Of a stretch of DNA of 64,000 nucleotides, positions 51,553 through 64,000 are shown piece by piece. The stretch lies in the NCBI GenBank assembly GCA_000934665.2, contig KZ538352.1, forward strand, positions 1 through 64,000, given 5' to 3'. This stretch comes from Catajapyx aquilonaris (lineage: Eukaryota). The notes beneath the pieces were generated by a model, which was not told where the DNA came from, made no database searches, and worked only from the letters and a program-made list of their open reading frames with translations. The stretch's first letter is position 1. Each line of letters opens with the position of its first letter. Both the position numbers and the translations under genes were made by a program.

Positions 51553-54313
51553 TTTTTTTTGGAAACTATTTGAATAAAAATAAATAGACGGAAAATAGGT
51601 GAATCCACCTGTTGTTGTCGTTGAATCACAAGGTTATGTGTTTCTGACTTTATGAGTAGGCAATATAAATTATGGATGATGTCTGGCATGGTATATATAG
51701 ACTACAGATTACATGCTTTTGCGGGCAAATTCCATATCAGTATGAAGCCATGAAGGTGAGAGAGTTTATCAGTTTATTTACTAAGATTACTTACTAAGAT
51801 ACTGCAATATGTCGCACATAATGAAACAGAAACATTTTGTAAGGTATTCGTCAATAATATTACGTAAAGTTTCTGTTAGTTAAAAAAAATATGCTGTACA
51901 TCCCAAATCATCGGCCTGGCTTACTTTTTTTTAAATAAATAAATAATTCTTAAAGTAGAAGTGTTTGTAAATTCCGCGGCGCCACCTTCTCATGATGGCC
52001 ACAAAGTGAAAAGAAAAGTGTTGAGCCATCTACTGGCTTTAAACTTAAGGACTTCGGTTTGAAGGTCAGATAAATAATAAAAAAAGAAAGCTGTTGCACT
52101 GTGGCGCACCATGTGTTCATGCCCTGAACTACTGATAAATGTTGTTCTTATTCAAACAGAGCGCGGTTATATTTGCTTTTATGTTATTAATTCATAGAGC
52201 CTGAAATTGTTGGAACCAACAATCAATGGCCAGAAGCAATCAATTTATATAGATTAAGTCGAATATGAGGTCGAATAAAAATTAATTTTGATTGACTAAA
52301 CATTCTAACAATCGATTTTTTTTTTGTTGCGTACGTTTTTGTACAATTACCATGTAGGTAAAATCATATTGAGAATTTCTCCGTGAATATATTGGATCGT
52401 ATAATAATTTTGTTGAATGGTGAAAGTTGAAGATTCCGTCTTCACAGTCGCTGCTGCCCTCTACCTCAACAAGGAGAACGACTGAAAATTATTATTTTGG
52501 GAATGGCCCAAAATTTTATGGGCGGAGATGGAGGTTGAAAAATTGGATCCATCCATCTTCTCCATTTAAAAACCTGATATTCACCTCCCCACAAGTTTGC
52601 GTGTTGTTCTGGCTACGACACTGATGTTTAGCATAACATTAAACCCCCCCAGCAGGTGTTTGTTTCCTCCTTAAATAGAACCAGCCTGTATTGTCAGCAC
52701 ACTATAAATGATAAATCGGTTTGAACCAGGCACAGTTGCAATTAGTCCAAACAATTTCCGGCAATTAGCTTGTCAATATTTCCACAAGCAGGTGGTAACA
52801 GCAACTAAATTCCGAGTGTAAACAAGATTGCTTCACAGAAATCTGACATATATGAAGCAATGCCCTTTGAATGAGCTGGCCCGCGATAACGATAACCGCA
52901 AACCAAAGTCCGGCCATCAAAACGGAAATGCCTACAAAAATATGTGTATAATTATAACGTTGGAAGATCCAATCGACAGAAAAGATGACTGACTTGTTTT
53001 GGACTCGTCCTTGAGGCTACAATATCTTCCAAAAAAGGATCTGGAATGTCCTCTTCTTGCCAATCTCAAGGACATTACAAAATTCAGTGCTGCCAATAAT
53101 ACTGCACATAAAAATTTCATATATAAAAACATTGCCATCAGTATTGCCAATGTCCATGAAAACAAGCCATCAATTTACACCTTGTTTGCTCTTCCCCTCA
53201 GGCTACTATCCACCTTCCTTTATATGTATATAAAAAAGTGGACAACTGACACATAATTTGCAGCCCAAAAAATGCGTGATGGTGTGAATCAAGAGGTCAT
53301 GGAATGCGACTCTTGTTTTATGCAACATGTGCCAACCCCCTCTCACATGTGTATAGTGAAAAAGACAGTCAACTTTTATCCAGATGTTGAGGAGCTAGAG
53401 CCGGTTTTCTTGTTTGGCCCCTTTGGTGCCTCGTTCGGTCATGATTTACAGCCTGGTTGCCTCCGGGAAGAAGAAGAAGAAGAAAAAAAAAAAACTTTCG
53501 TTGCATTCTATTCCGGCCCACAACCAGGCAAGGATGTTGCCAACAAGGGCAAGGTGGACGGCCATCTTGACCGGGATTGACTCTTTTCGGATTAGAAAAA
53601 AAAAAATAATGTTTTTTTTTTTTTTAAAAAAAAGAAGATCGTGGGAATTTCACTAATGGCTTTTTTGAAGGGTAAAAGCATCCTTATCGAGTCATCGACA
53701 GGACAGTTTTTGAGAAGTTCATAAGATATCGCAGACACAATGGCCTTGAGCAAAATTGCGACCATTGATCAACCCCCCAAAAAATTAATCAGGATTTCAC
53801 CTCCATTTGCATAATAATATCCATACGCCCTGCAATTAAGCACTATCAATCTAACTGTTTCTCGTCAATATTCTGCTGTACGGTATATATAAAAACTGAC
53901 TAATCCATCACCACACATGTCAGCATTTTAACTCCTTTAAAGATGTTGTTCTCTTTTTATATAAAAAAAAAGCTCGTTCTCTCGCATGATTTTGACTACT
54001 AAACAAGGAGGTGCTATCAAGAAGAAGAAGAAGAAGGAACCATGTTGGGTTCGAGAAAATGAAATAATGAGACAGGACGAGCTTCACGAAACGCCCTTTT
54101 CCAACCTTAGCTAATAGGCATGGTGGAGGTAGCTGGACGAGTGGACTTGGAGCTCAAGTTCGGCCCCGGGGCCGAACTTTTCCTCCAAGTAATTGCACCT
54201 TTGCAAAGCTCTGCAAATAAAGGCTTGGGTGGGCTGGGTCTCATCATGGGAACGAGGATCGTGACGGAATTTTAGAGACTCATTATATTGGGGGGGGGGG
54301 GNAATCAGTACAT

Positions 54314-54489
54314 AAATGAGTAAGGTAGCAGACCTGAAGCTCAAATTAGCCTTCAAGACAGGTGCTCCTGCCTAGGGTGCTCATGCCTAGGGTGCTCCTG
54401 CCTAGGCCTAGCTCCTGCCTGGGGTAGAGGCAGCGCAGCGCCTCTGTTGGAGGCTAATTTGAGCTTCAGGTCTGCTACCTTACTTATTT
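54314..54489. mobile_element. MITE-like hairpin element
   Basis: 39-bp inverted termini AAAT(G/A)AGTAAGGTAGCAGACCTGAAGCTCAAATTAGCCT with 1 mismatch; internal GGTGCTCCTGCCTAG repeats. Confidence 0.8.
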
Positions 54490-55156
54490 CCTCAACTGTT
54501 GGGTACCAACAGTCCCACGCACTTCATATATTTATACGGAAGGTCTAAAAGAGTAGCCTTCCTGGCAAGCGTTTGAGTTTGGAGAGGGCCACGTGGCATA
54601 CAATCATCGTTTCCTTCCCTAGAGGTCATAAATACCCGGCCTGTGCATTTCTTCGGTTCCTTCTCACATGTACACAACACGCCTTGTTTATTTCGCGGAA
54701 CAGCCCACGACTTTTGACTTCTTTTCAACGCACGTCTTACTCATTATGCAGGCCTGGATTTAAAACCTGATACGAGTCCAATCGGATGATATGGCCGCAT
54801 GTAAATTGAGGGGGTGACCACCATCATCGTGAAATGGGTATAAAATGGGTATAAAAAAATACTGACAGCATCTTTTCCCCCGGGAAAATGGTGGCCTGAT
54901 GGCGGCCATGTTGCCAAAACTTGGGCCTGCTTGGTTTTCAAGACTATAAATATACACCCTTTCCGATCTGAATTACAGCTGGGAAGGAAATGAGTGTGTC
55001 TGTATAATTCTGAGGCGTCACTTTTCCTTCAGGCTTAGAAGATGTATGGCGTTTGTCGGCGCACGAGGCCCTCTAAAAAGGAGGGGGACAAGACGTACGG
55101 CATCGTGTGTCACTACAAGATTGCAAACTTGGTTGCCTCGTAATAATTACAAGCCA

Positions 55157-56057
55157 AACTCATGTATGACGTGCACCAATATGCCGGTGAAAAATGAGGT
55201 TGTTTCATTTTTTGGGTTTGCGCTATGTCGATCCATAACCCGCTAAACGAATAAATTATAATGGCAACTTGAGGCAACTTTGACAACTCGGCCAGTGGCC
55301 TGCAGCCATTAGGAACGCTCATCGGTTCGAATCATGTGATCACAGGTTGCCATAGATTGCCCCAAGTTGCCACAGTGGCAACTTATGGCAACTCTAGGCA
55401 ACTGTGGCAACTTATGGCAACTTGGCAGGTAACTAATCCTGCCTGCAGCCATTAGGAACGCTCGGTGGATAGTGTCACCATAGATTTCCGCAATTTGCCA
55501 TAAGTTGCTGCAAGTTGACATAAGTTGACACTGTGGAAACTGTGGCCACATGATGTTGTCACCATAGATTGACATGTTGCCATAGATTGCCACAATTTGC
55601 CATAAATTGCTGCAAGTTGACATAAGTTGCCATAAGTATCCACGGTGTCAACTTACGTCAACTTCCAGCAACCTATGTCAAATTGTGGCAATATATGCTG
55701 GTGACATGATCCGAACCCAGCGTTCCTAATGGCTGCATGAAGGATTAGTTATCTGCCATTGGCCGAGTTGCCAAAGTTGCCTCAAGTTGCCGCAGGTTGC
55801 CATTATAATTCTTTGAGGTTATGGATCGACATAGCGTCTACAAAAAAAAATGAAAAGCCTTTCGCTGGAATATTGGTGCATGTCGTATATGAGTTTGGCT
55901 CTAAGTTGCCACAGTGTCAACTTATGTCAACTTGTGGCAATTTAAGGCAACTTGGGACAACTTATGGCAATCAATGACAACCCGTGGTCACATTATCCGA
56001 ACCGCGAGCGTTCCTAATGGCTGCAGGCACGATTTAGTTACCTGCCATTGGCCGAGT
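55157..56057. mobile_element. Foldback/nested MITE-like array rich in GTTGCC/GGCAAC 10-mer subrepeats
   Basis: 55157-55320 is inverted at 55719-55900. CTGCAGCCATTAGGAACGCT occurs twice forward (~55300, ~55443) and twice reversed (~55719, ~56006). Confidence 0.78.
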
Positions 56058-57769
56058 GACCAGCAGGTGACCAGGTGTTCACAAATTAACCCTCGAACCA
56101 GGTGCAGAATCCTTTTTCTAGCCTTTAAAATCCTTGTGTCCTCATTTTCTTCTTGGCGGCCGTCCCCCCAGCTAAATCTAGCCTCGCGGGTAGTTTAGTT
56201 TGGCCTGTGTTCCCTTCTGCTGCCAGAGACCACAATCCTCCACTTCAAAGCGGATATAAAACCCAGACTTGGCAACACCTCGGTGAAAGAATACACTCTG
56301 AGTCTGTCCCTTCAGGGGGAGTTTGGGGTTTTCTCAAGAACGAAAAAGAAGAAGAAGGTGGTCCACTGGAGGGGCCTTGCTGGAAGGCAAAGGTGGTGCT
56401 GAGGGCTGCTGGATGACTCCTCCCCATCTCCCTCTGACCACTCTTCTCTCCAACAGGTTTTTCTTTCTACCTGTCCGCTCCTCGTTAGGTGTGCTAAGCC
56501 ATCAACGGATATGAACAGCCCACGATAATAAGCTGGCCGAATTTTCTAGTTTGACGTCCAAAAAAAAAAAAGAGGGTGTATTCATTGGCTTCTGCTCAAA
56601 ATGGCTGTCAAGGGCGATGGCACGAATTAGCAGTTATTTTTTGCATTAATTTTTTTACAAGTTGCTACTGTTAATTATTGATTAATTTGCGAATGTTATT
56701 TTAAATACTGCTTATAGAGAATGCATAAAATATGAAAAAATTTGGTTTTAACAGTAGGAAATGTACACATATATTGTCCAAAAGTGAATATTGACAGCTC
56801 GGTTTTTTTTATCGGGCCATGTGTGTACTTTTGGATGAGTGAATGCTCTAGTCCACTTGAAGCTCATTAAAAAACCAGTTTGCTTTCCCTGGAAGGTTCA
56901 GGGCGCCTTCTATGCGCTGTCACGCCCTGGATCTGTCACCATGCTTAAAAAATGTCCAGCGTCACCATGATAAACTGCTCTGCATAATTAGGCAGCTGCT
57001 TATACAAAAAAAGAGGCGAAGGTTTTGTCCAAACAGGAATGAAATGTCAATTCCAATCCTAAAATTGATTAGTCACATGTAAGGGCTACGTCACTTCTTA
57101 AATTTAAAGTACAAACATCCCTGTACAAACAAGGGATTTTTTTGACAGGTCATAAGTTCCCCATAAAAAATCGAGTCCCCCAAAAAAAGGGAGGGCTGAT
57201 AACAAGGCAGGAAAACCAACAGCATTTCGGGTAATTGGAATCGCCTTAAACCAAGTTGGATTCTCCTCAAAACTAGACCCACATTTTGATTGGGACCCCC
57301 GTCATCTGGGAAACCATGGCCTCTTCTTCGGGATAATAACAGCCATTGGGCCAATCCTCTCCTCATTTTACCCTTTACTATGCCCACCTGCCCTGAGACG
57401 CTGATTTACAATTTTTTTTTTAAACCTTTTCCTTTAACTACCCTCCCCTCAGTCCACCTTTGTATAAACAGGAGGTTGAAAAAATTCGACGCCCCGTGGC
57501 GTGAATGGGCAAGTTTTCTTGACTTTTTTTTTCGAGCCTTCTTGTAGCTGGCTACAAGAGTGGTTGATGGTTCCCTCCTTACTGTCCGAGGCCTAACTGT
57601 GGTTTTAAGGAAACCCCTTCAACTTTGACAGCCGCAATGGGCGTGACTGATGGGGCTGGCAGCAGTTAATGGAGAAACTAGCGAAGGACATTGCCAAGGT
57701 TGCCAAACCAATATGCCTTGGGCCCAATTTTTAAAATTTATAGTATGGTCGTAAATTCGCGAAATCAGC

Positions 57770-58460
57770 AGATCATACAATGCAATTTTTACTCAATTGC
57801 TACAAGTAACGAATTATGTAAAAAAAAATAGCAAAGATATTTTCAGGGCATACAATGCAATTTTTTATTCGACTGCTGTATGGAATTATTTAAAAAAAAT
57901 AACACTTAACATATACATGAAATCATTATATTTTCAGGACATACAATGCAATTTTTATTAAACTGCTTTAAGTAAGGAATTACTTATTTTTTAAAAAAAT
58001 TAACCTAGATATGCCTATATAGCGTCCATGCAGTACACTTGACCAATTGTTAGATTTAATTGCGTCAGTTCTTCCTTGCTCATAAAAATATTTATAAATG
58101 AAAGAAAAATGCAGGCATCTGCTGGATTAAAATATTCCACAGTAAATTCGAATTTGAGAGGAAAATAAGCGAAGTTTAATGAACGCTTCTTGACCTATTT
58201 GAGTAATTTACACTCATATTCTTCTGAAAGGTCTGATTTCAAATTTTTCACAATTTCAGTCCAAATTTTTAGTACTTAATATTGTAAACACGTTTTTCAG
58301 TCATATTCTTCCAAAAGTCAGCTTTCAACATTTTCACAATTTCAGTCAAAAATCTTAGTAATATTGTAAACACGTTTTTCAGTCATATTCTTCCAAATGA
58401 CACTTTTTAAACATTTTTTTACTCACAACGATTGTGAAATTTTCACTAATATTGTAAACA
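57770..58460. repeat. Two short AT-rich diverged tandem repeat clusters
   Basis: CATACAATGCAATTTTTA occurs three times (57774-57960). CATATTCTTC and AATATTGTAAACAC each occur three times (58215-58462). Confidence 0.7.
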
Positions 58461-61400
58461 CTGCACGTGACCATTAAAAATGCTGCCCAACAATATGCAG
58501 GAATTTTCACCCTTCATATTTTTTTTTCCTTCTAGAGAATTTCTCCCCCTGACCCCTCTATTAACAATGTAGGCATGATCACCCTTGAAAAGAAGTCACA
58601 ATAAGGTTGAGTCAGTATGCGGGGTTGGGCCCTCCTCTTGGCACAGGAAAGAAACCAGCAGGACATGTGTGTCCTGAATGCCAAATACGAGCAGCCCGGC
58701 GCCAGTCCTGCTGCCCATTTACCCGCCATCCGGGCACATTGCCAGAGCTTTGATGATGATGATGATGATGGTTCCAGGATGGATGGGTGACAATGAAGGC
58801 AGATAGAGGGCGTCGCTCCGAGGGCCTGCCTCCCTCGCTAATCCGGAAGCCTAGATTTAGTTTTAATATGTGGCGTAGGCCTTCCAACTCAAGAGGAAAC
58901 TTCCAAAGGGCTTACAGCCTTTTATAATGGGACACAGCTTCGGCAACACTGTTCAACCACCCTCCAGAAGAAGCATTGTTCCCTGTTCGAAAAAGGAAGG
59001 GAGTGACCTTCGAATCGGGTCTTTTGGGCTTTGCCCAGTTGGGTCCAACCTTCTTTCTAAAGGTGCTTAGAAAAGATGGGTTTTTGGGTGGTGGTGTGAA
59101 AGCAAAAGCTGTCCACTTTCAAGCAGGATGGATGGTGTGGTCAGCAGAAAGCATCTATAATATTTGTATGGACCTAAGCTTCTGATTGGCCTGCCATATA
59201 TGGTTTACGCGACGCTTCCGATTGGGCCCCGTTCTGCGCTTGCGTAATGGGGGGGAGGCAGCGCCTCTGGTGGATGGACACGAACAGGGTGATTGATAAA
59301 TGAGATGAGACACCAAACTTCATTTTTTTAAACAGAAAAATCATAAATTTTGGGCATTTAGGCTCAAAAACAGTACTCTTAGCGCTCCGGAAGTGGGTTA
59401 GGTAGCCCGTACATACAAACATACCAATAAACTGTCTGTTTTATATTCAGTATGTAATACATAAAAAATTGTAGTAGTCCGGCTGACAAGTGTGCGAGGT
59501 TATCATAAAGCGCACTTTCTTTCAGAGCAATTTACCTGGTCGAGTACAGTACTCAGCAATGTGGTTCGTGAGTTCCTAATTGCTAGTTACATACACCATT
59601 CCTCCTCAACCAGCCAACCTCGATGAAAAGAGATGCATGGTTGGAAGTGCCACTGATCTGACAGGTCTTCTGAAGAATAAACAGACAGGTGTGGCCCCTC
59701 CCCATCCTCGTTTCGTTTTTTTAAGAAACAAAAAAAAAAGGCATGGACAAAACGTGATTTTCCACAATGTTTGGGGCTAGTCACACTTATCACCTGGGAG
59801 AAGGAAGATGGGGTATGTGGATAGGAGGGAATGCGAAGGGGCGGGACACGCAGCTTGACCTCTCGACCTCCCGTGGCGAAGAAGCATTGTTCCATCTAAC
59901 ATGCAACGTGACCCCCCACTGATGCTAGCAACACGTCTGGAATTGGAGAAGGCGCATTTTCTTGGGAGGAGGGGTGTGGATGCTTTTCCCTTGTACGGAA
60001 TGGAATCTTGTCGCCAAAAGATTCTTTTGTCACACCCCCCTGTCTTTTGTCACACCCTTTTGCAGGTGGGAGCCAACCTGGACGTGACAGGGGCTGACTG
60101 TTAACAATGGGTAACAATGGCCAACAAAACGGTGTTTGCTTCAAGAATTTCAAAGAAAATTAAACAAAAGCAATGTAGCGGCTACCTGGGCCCTTCAATT
60201 TGTTTTTGCCCCCCCCCCTCCCCCCCACAAAAAATTACTGCACGGAATATAACATATGTCACAAAACATATGTGCAAACACAGCCTGCAGGAATTTTCAT
60301 GGGCTCCAAAAATTTGCATTACCGATAACCAGATTAACAAGCGGCGAGGTCCACCACAAATGGAGAAAAAGGGACCGAATTTATCTGAACCAATGATCTG
60401 CACGCACCTATAGTAAAAATAAAAATAATTCGTATATAAAAAAGAGGGAGGTAAAGGCTTCAATTTTAAAAGTTGAAGAGTTGAGTGGACTAATTACAAA
60501 GCGGGGTTACTGTTATCCACCCTACAGAGTATGGTAGGAGGAGATATCATGCACACACAATAAGGCATGGGTGCAACACAGCAGACAGGTGATCAGTAGA
60601 TTTTTTCGGGAAGGTTCATCACAGCAAACATGGCCCGTGGGAAGTGGCCAAGCCCAGATACCCCCCCTTCCATTTCAGACGAGCCACGCACGTTTTGCCC
60701 CATCCAACCATTACACTATCGTCACCTTATCAGTCCCGTCTATCCTCTTCCAACCCCCTACCATTTATTAACCGAGGGGCTGGGTGCTGGAGAGAAAAAA
60801 AAAGACAAGGGACATGAGTGCACACATTCCACCTGCCTATTCAGGAAAAGGAGACGATAAAGAAAAGTTTTAATGGCACTCGATGTATACGTAAATAAAT
60901 AAATAGATGGCTAGGAGTGACTCTGTCCATACACGTGTTGACTCATCACCAACGTGCATTAGTTGCCACCGTTCAATAATGGCAGTGCACGACAGGTTCG
61001 CTGTTTATAGCGGTCAGAGGTTGGGACACACTTTAACGAGGCGAGACACGTGGAAAATTAGCAACAATATTGCGAGGCGTCTTACAATGTGTGGATTGTT
61101 TCTAAAGGAGGGCGTACCGGTAATACCAGTATCAAGGCACTGGATAGGGAAGGATTTTTATGGCTGATCTTCCAAACGTTAGGATTTTTTCTCGGGCGGT
61201 ATAATAAACGGGGATGCTTATGCTAATTGGCATTATTATTATAACGGTTATAGCTTACAAGATTAGGATGTGTAAATAGCAGCGATTTACATATGATTTG
61301 TTTTCGATAGAGACGCACTTTTTTTTAAAATGAAATGACTTGATCAGCTCGAATTTGTCATCATTTTTTTAAAAAAAGTTCGTTACAATATTTCTTAAGC

Positions 61401-63552
61401 CAAGCCCAGATATTTACGACCTGTTTGCAACGACTGGTGCCAGATTGGTTCAAAATAAACCCATTTCAGCCTCCATATATTTTAAAAATAATATCAACCT
61501 AAAAATGAGCGAACCCAATAATTATTGCCAGTTTGCAGCCTTGACTTCAATACGACGATCAAACTAACGCATCTCCAGACCATCCAGACCAAGGGGTTGA
61601 TGAACCCGATTATACACTGTCGCCCCCCTTTTACAATGTGACATAAATATTCAGCTCACATAATTTACATACTTGCTCACATGCTCCTTGACACACTACT
61701 AGGGGGGGTTCACATGGGTCGTTTGTATGGGTTTGGATGACCTATCAGAGAGGGACACGCGTAATAGCCGCACGACCACTGGCCGCCATTTTGTTGAGGC
61801 TATCGGCCATTTTGTAGCCGTGGCTGTGACGTGGCACGATGTGATTGGCTGATTCAACCGACTGGCCGCCATTTTGTTGCGACTGGCGGCCATTTTGTCG
61901 CTAACTAGTCGCAAACGACAGACGGCTATGTGAACCCAGTTTTTTTTTTTGAGCGATTCTTCCGCACTAACAACCATGCTGTCCCGCCATTTATCTGAAC
62001 TCAGGCGGGGAATAAATTAGAGGTCAATCAGGGCAGGTGAGGCTCGGGGTTCGGTGAAGTCGTGCCTCAGATAAATTATGCAGCTCGTTAGAAGGCGGAG
62101 GTGCCTTTAGGTCGGGAGCTTAGAAAAAGAACCCCCCCCCCTTTCTTTTTGTTGTTGTTCCTTTTCCATGTCCACAGCCCCAGTCTTTTTAGATCCGGAG
62201 GAACAATGGAGGCAGCGATAGCAATGGGGTGGAACGCCCGTTACAAGGCCAAGGTATACTGCGGTCAGGTTTTTCAAAACCGCAAAGTACTGTCCGGTAA
62301 CGTCCAGAAGAACCAGAAATATGTGCCTAGAGGTTGTTGCACTCAGCATATGACACCCCACTAACCATCCCAGTATGTGTAGGCTTGTTAACTCGTTAGC
62401 GGCCCGTCACGAATCCATCCCCCTTTCCTCTAGGGGTCTTAAACATTATTTTTTTATTTAAAAAAAAAAAAAACGTTTTCCACGCGACCACTTTCTCCAG
62501 TCTTTTATGGCCTCCTTCAAACTGGGCAAGGTTTTTCTGTATCAATTGACGCATCTTTATGGTACCTCTAATCTGGGTCTAATAACGCCCGAGGACCTTC
62601 CACTGTCAATCAACTCTTATTATGGAGATGGCCAGTGTCTATAATTTAAAAAAAATAGTCCAGCCCACGCCCATTTCCCGTTCCCGAGCGAAGCGAGTGG
62701 AGCCTCCGCCCTAGAAAAATCCTCGCTTCGCTCTCGTTTTTGTAATGTGCAAGCTCAGAAAACCACTTGCTCCTAGAAAACCGCCCTCGTTTTACTAGTT
62801 ATTGTTTAAAAAATATATTTAATATGTTCGCAACGAAATATTTATTGTACAAAATGTTGGCACTTTACAATGACTAAAAATATTTACATTGCGTCTGTAC
62901 AATGACTACAATCTGAACACAGTGTCCAAAATAGGTCAGGATAAAATGGCACCTTAAACTGGAAGTAAACGTACTGTACAAACATGAAAGGCACGTAAGA
63001 AATCACAGGGGGGTGTTTCCAGTCTCCAATAAGCGTACCGGGGAGTAATTGAGTACCGAGGATAATTACAAATATTGGCAATATGTAAAACCAGCTTTCA
63101 CTCAAGACTCAAGGCTTGAGGTCATTATTAGTGGCTTAATGACGGCCCACATTTTTTGTTTAAAACAATTAATGAGATCGGACTCTTGAACACTTTGTAA
63201 TGGCACTGTACATGTTGGCACTAAATGCATCGTCATGGGAACAATTGGCATGCATATCACCGGACTTTACACTAGTTTACACATATTCTCAGGATGCATC
63301 GTAGCACCACCTGCGATGCTCATCGTCCAAACAGTCCCCAACCAACGTCCATCTCCTCTCCTCCTGATGCTCAGGTCTTCTCCTCTGCTGCTTCTTGGTA
63401 GCCACAGTCTTCCTACCGGCCACCACCTCCTTCTCCATGAACCGCAGTTCCCATGAGAACCTGTCCGAGTCAGAGGCCAGGTCATCTGGCTCTTCGGTCC
63501 ATGGTTGATGCTGAGGAAGACCTTGAGCTGGTCGCTGGTTGGGTGCCCCCAG

Positions 63553-64000
63553 TCAGACTGCTGTCTCGCTGCCCCACCTCCGATGACCATGCTTGCATCT
63601 GTGGGACGACCTGTGGTGTCTGCCAGGTACAGCCACTAAAGGTGCTGCTGCAGCAACCACAGGACTCTGGAGGTACGGAGGCAACGGCTTCTTCTTCCTG
63701 GCGACATGCCTGAACAGCCTGGTCCACGCCTGGAGTGTCTTCCCACTCCATACCCACATCCCTGAGGTAATACCCACCACTAGGGACATGAATATCTTCA
63801 GCATGAACACCTCCATGTTAGGCTGCGGCAGGGACGTCAATGGCGACCCAGGAGGAGGTGCTGCCAACCACCGTTCTCGTGACAGGTACTCGTAGAAGAG
63901 ACTTCCAACCACACACGCTGCTGGTATGGTGTACAGGAAAGTGAAGAACCCGATTCGAGTCGTCAGCACCTCCAGTTTGTCCGCCTTGTTCAATGGCAGC
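63553..64000 (-). CDS. FZD4: Frizzled-4 subfamily receptor, 3' end only (runs off the window)
   Basis: KADKLEVL..RIGFFTFLYTIPA, EVFMLKIFMSLVVGITSGMWVWSGKTLQAW and C-terminal GSETAV, compared with vertebrate FZD4 GSETVV. Confidence 0.88.
   Translation of the reverse strand, partial: LPLNKADKLEVLTTRIGFFTFLYTIPAACVVGSLFYEYLSRERWLAAPPPGSPLTSLPQPNMEVFMLKIFMSLVVGITSGMWVWSGKTLQAWTRLFRHVARKKKPLPPYLQSPVVAAAAPLVAVPGRHHRSSHRCKHGHRRWGSETAV

Noticed and set aside
45145..59280. A single 14-kb transposon carrying Fz9/10 between inverted termini
   Set aside because: No transposase and no matching target-site duplication; similarity is limited to ~100 bp, so independent insertions are simpler.
49400..62800. 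Short ORFs in the inter-Frizzled spacer
   Set aside because: Homopolymer-rich, with no recognisable domains or consistent exon chains.
63289..63555. Selenocysteine decoding of the Fz4 UGA
   Set aside because: I could not identify a SECIS element, and the UGA sits at the conserved Frizzled-4 terminus rather than at a catalytic Cys position.

Overview
Compact eukaryotic, most likely arthropod, genomic DNA with many 50-60 nt introns, frequent GTACGT donors and one N-gap at 51404-51552. All gene models were spliced by hand from GT-AG sites and frame continuity. In order: three tandem SLC17 (sialin/picot-like) anion transporter paralogues (+); NSUN4 (-); a CAP-Gly protein (+); a small 3-exon secreted-protein gene missed by the ORF track (-); a foldback element with tRNA-like segments; a 6-exon orphan gene (-); MAP3K4/MEKK4 (-), with a fibrinogen-domain gene nested antisense in the intron that splits its kinase Gly-loop; NF-YC (+); USP16/45 (-); a Frizzled-9/10 gene (+); and the 3' end of a convergent Frizzled-4 gene (-). 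The strongest leads are candidate UGA-C stop-codon readthrough in Fz4 that would mask its PDZ ligand, clustered miR-263a/b and miR-124 seed sites in the Fz4 3'UTR, RFX X-box-like minisatellites in Fz9/10 introns, the hidden secreted prepropeptide, and SLC17 copies showing gene-conversion mosaicism and altered transport residues. No database searches were run; family calls rest on recognised motifs.
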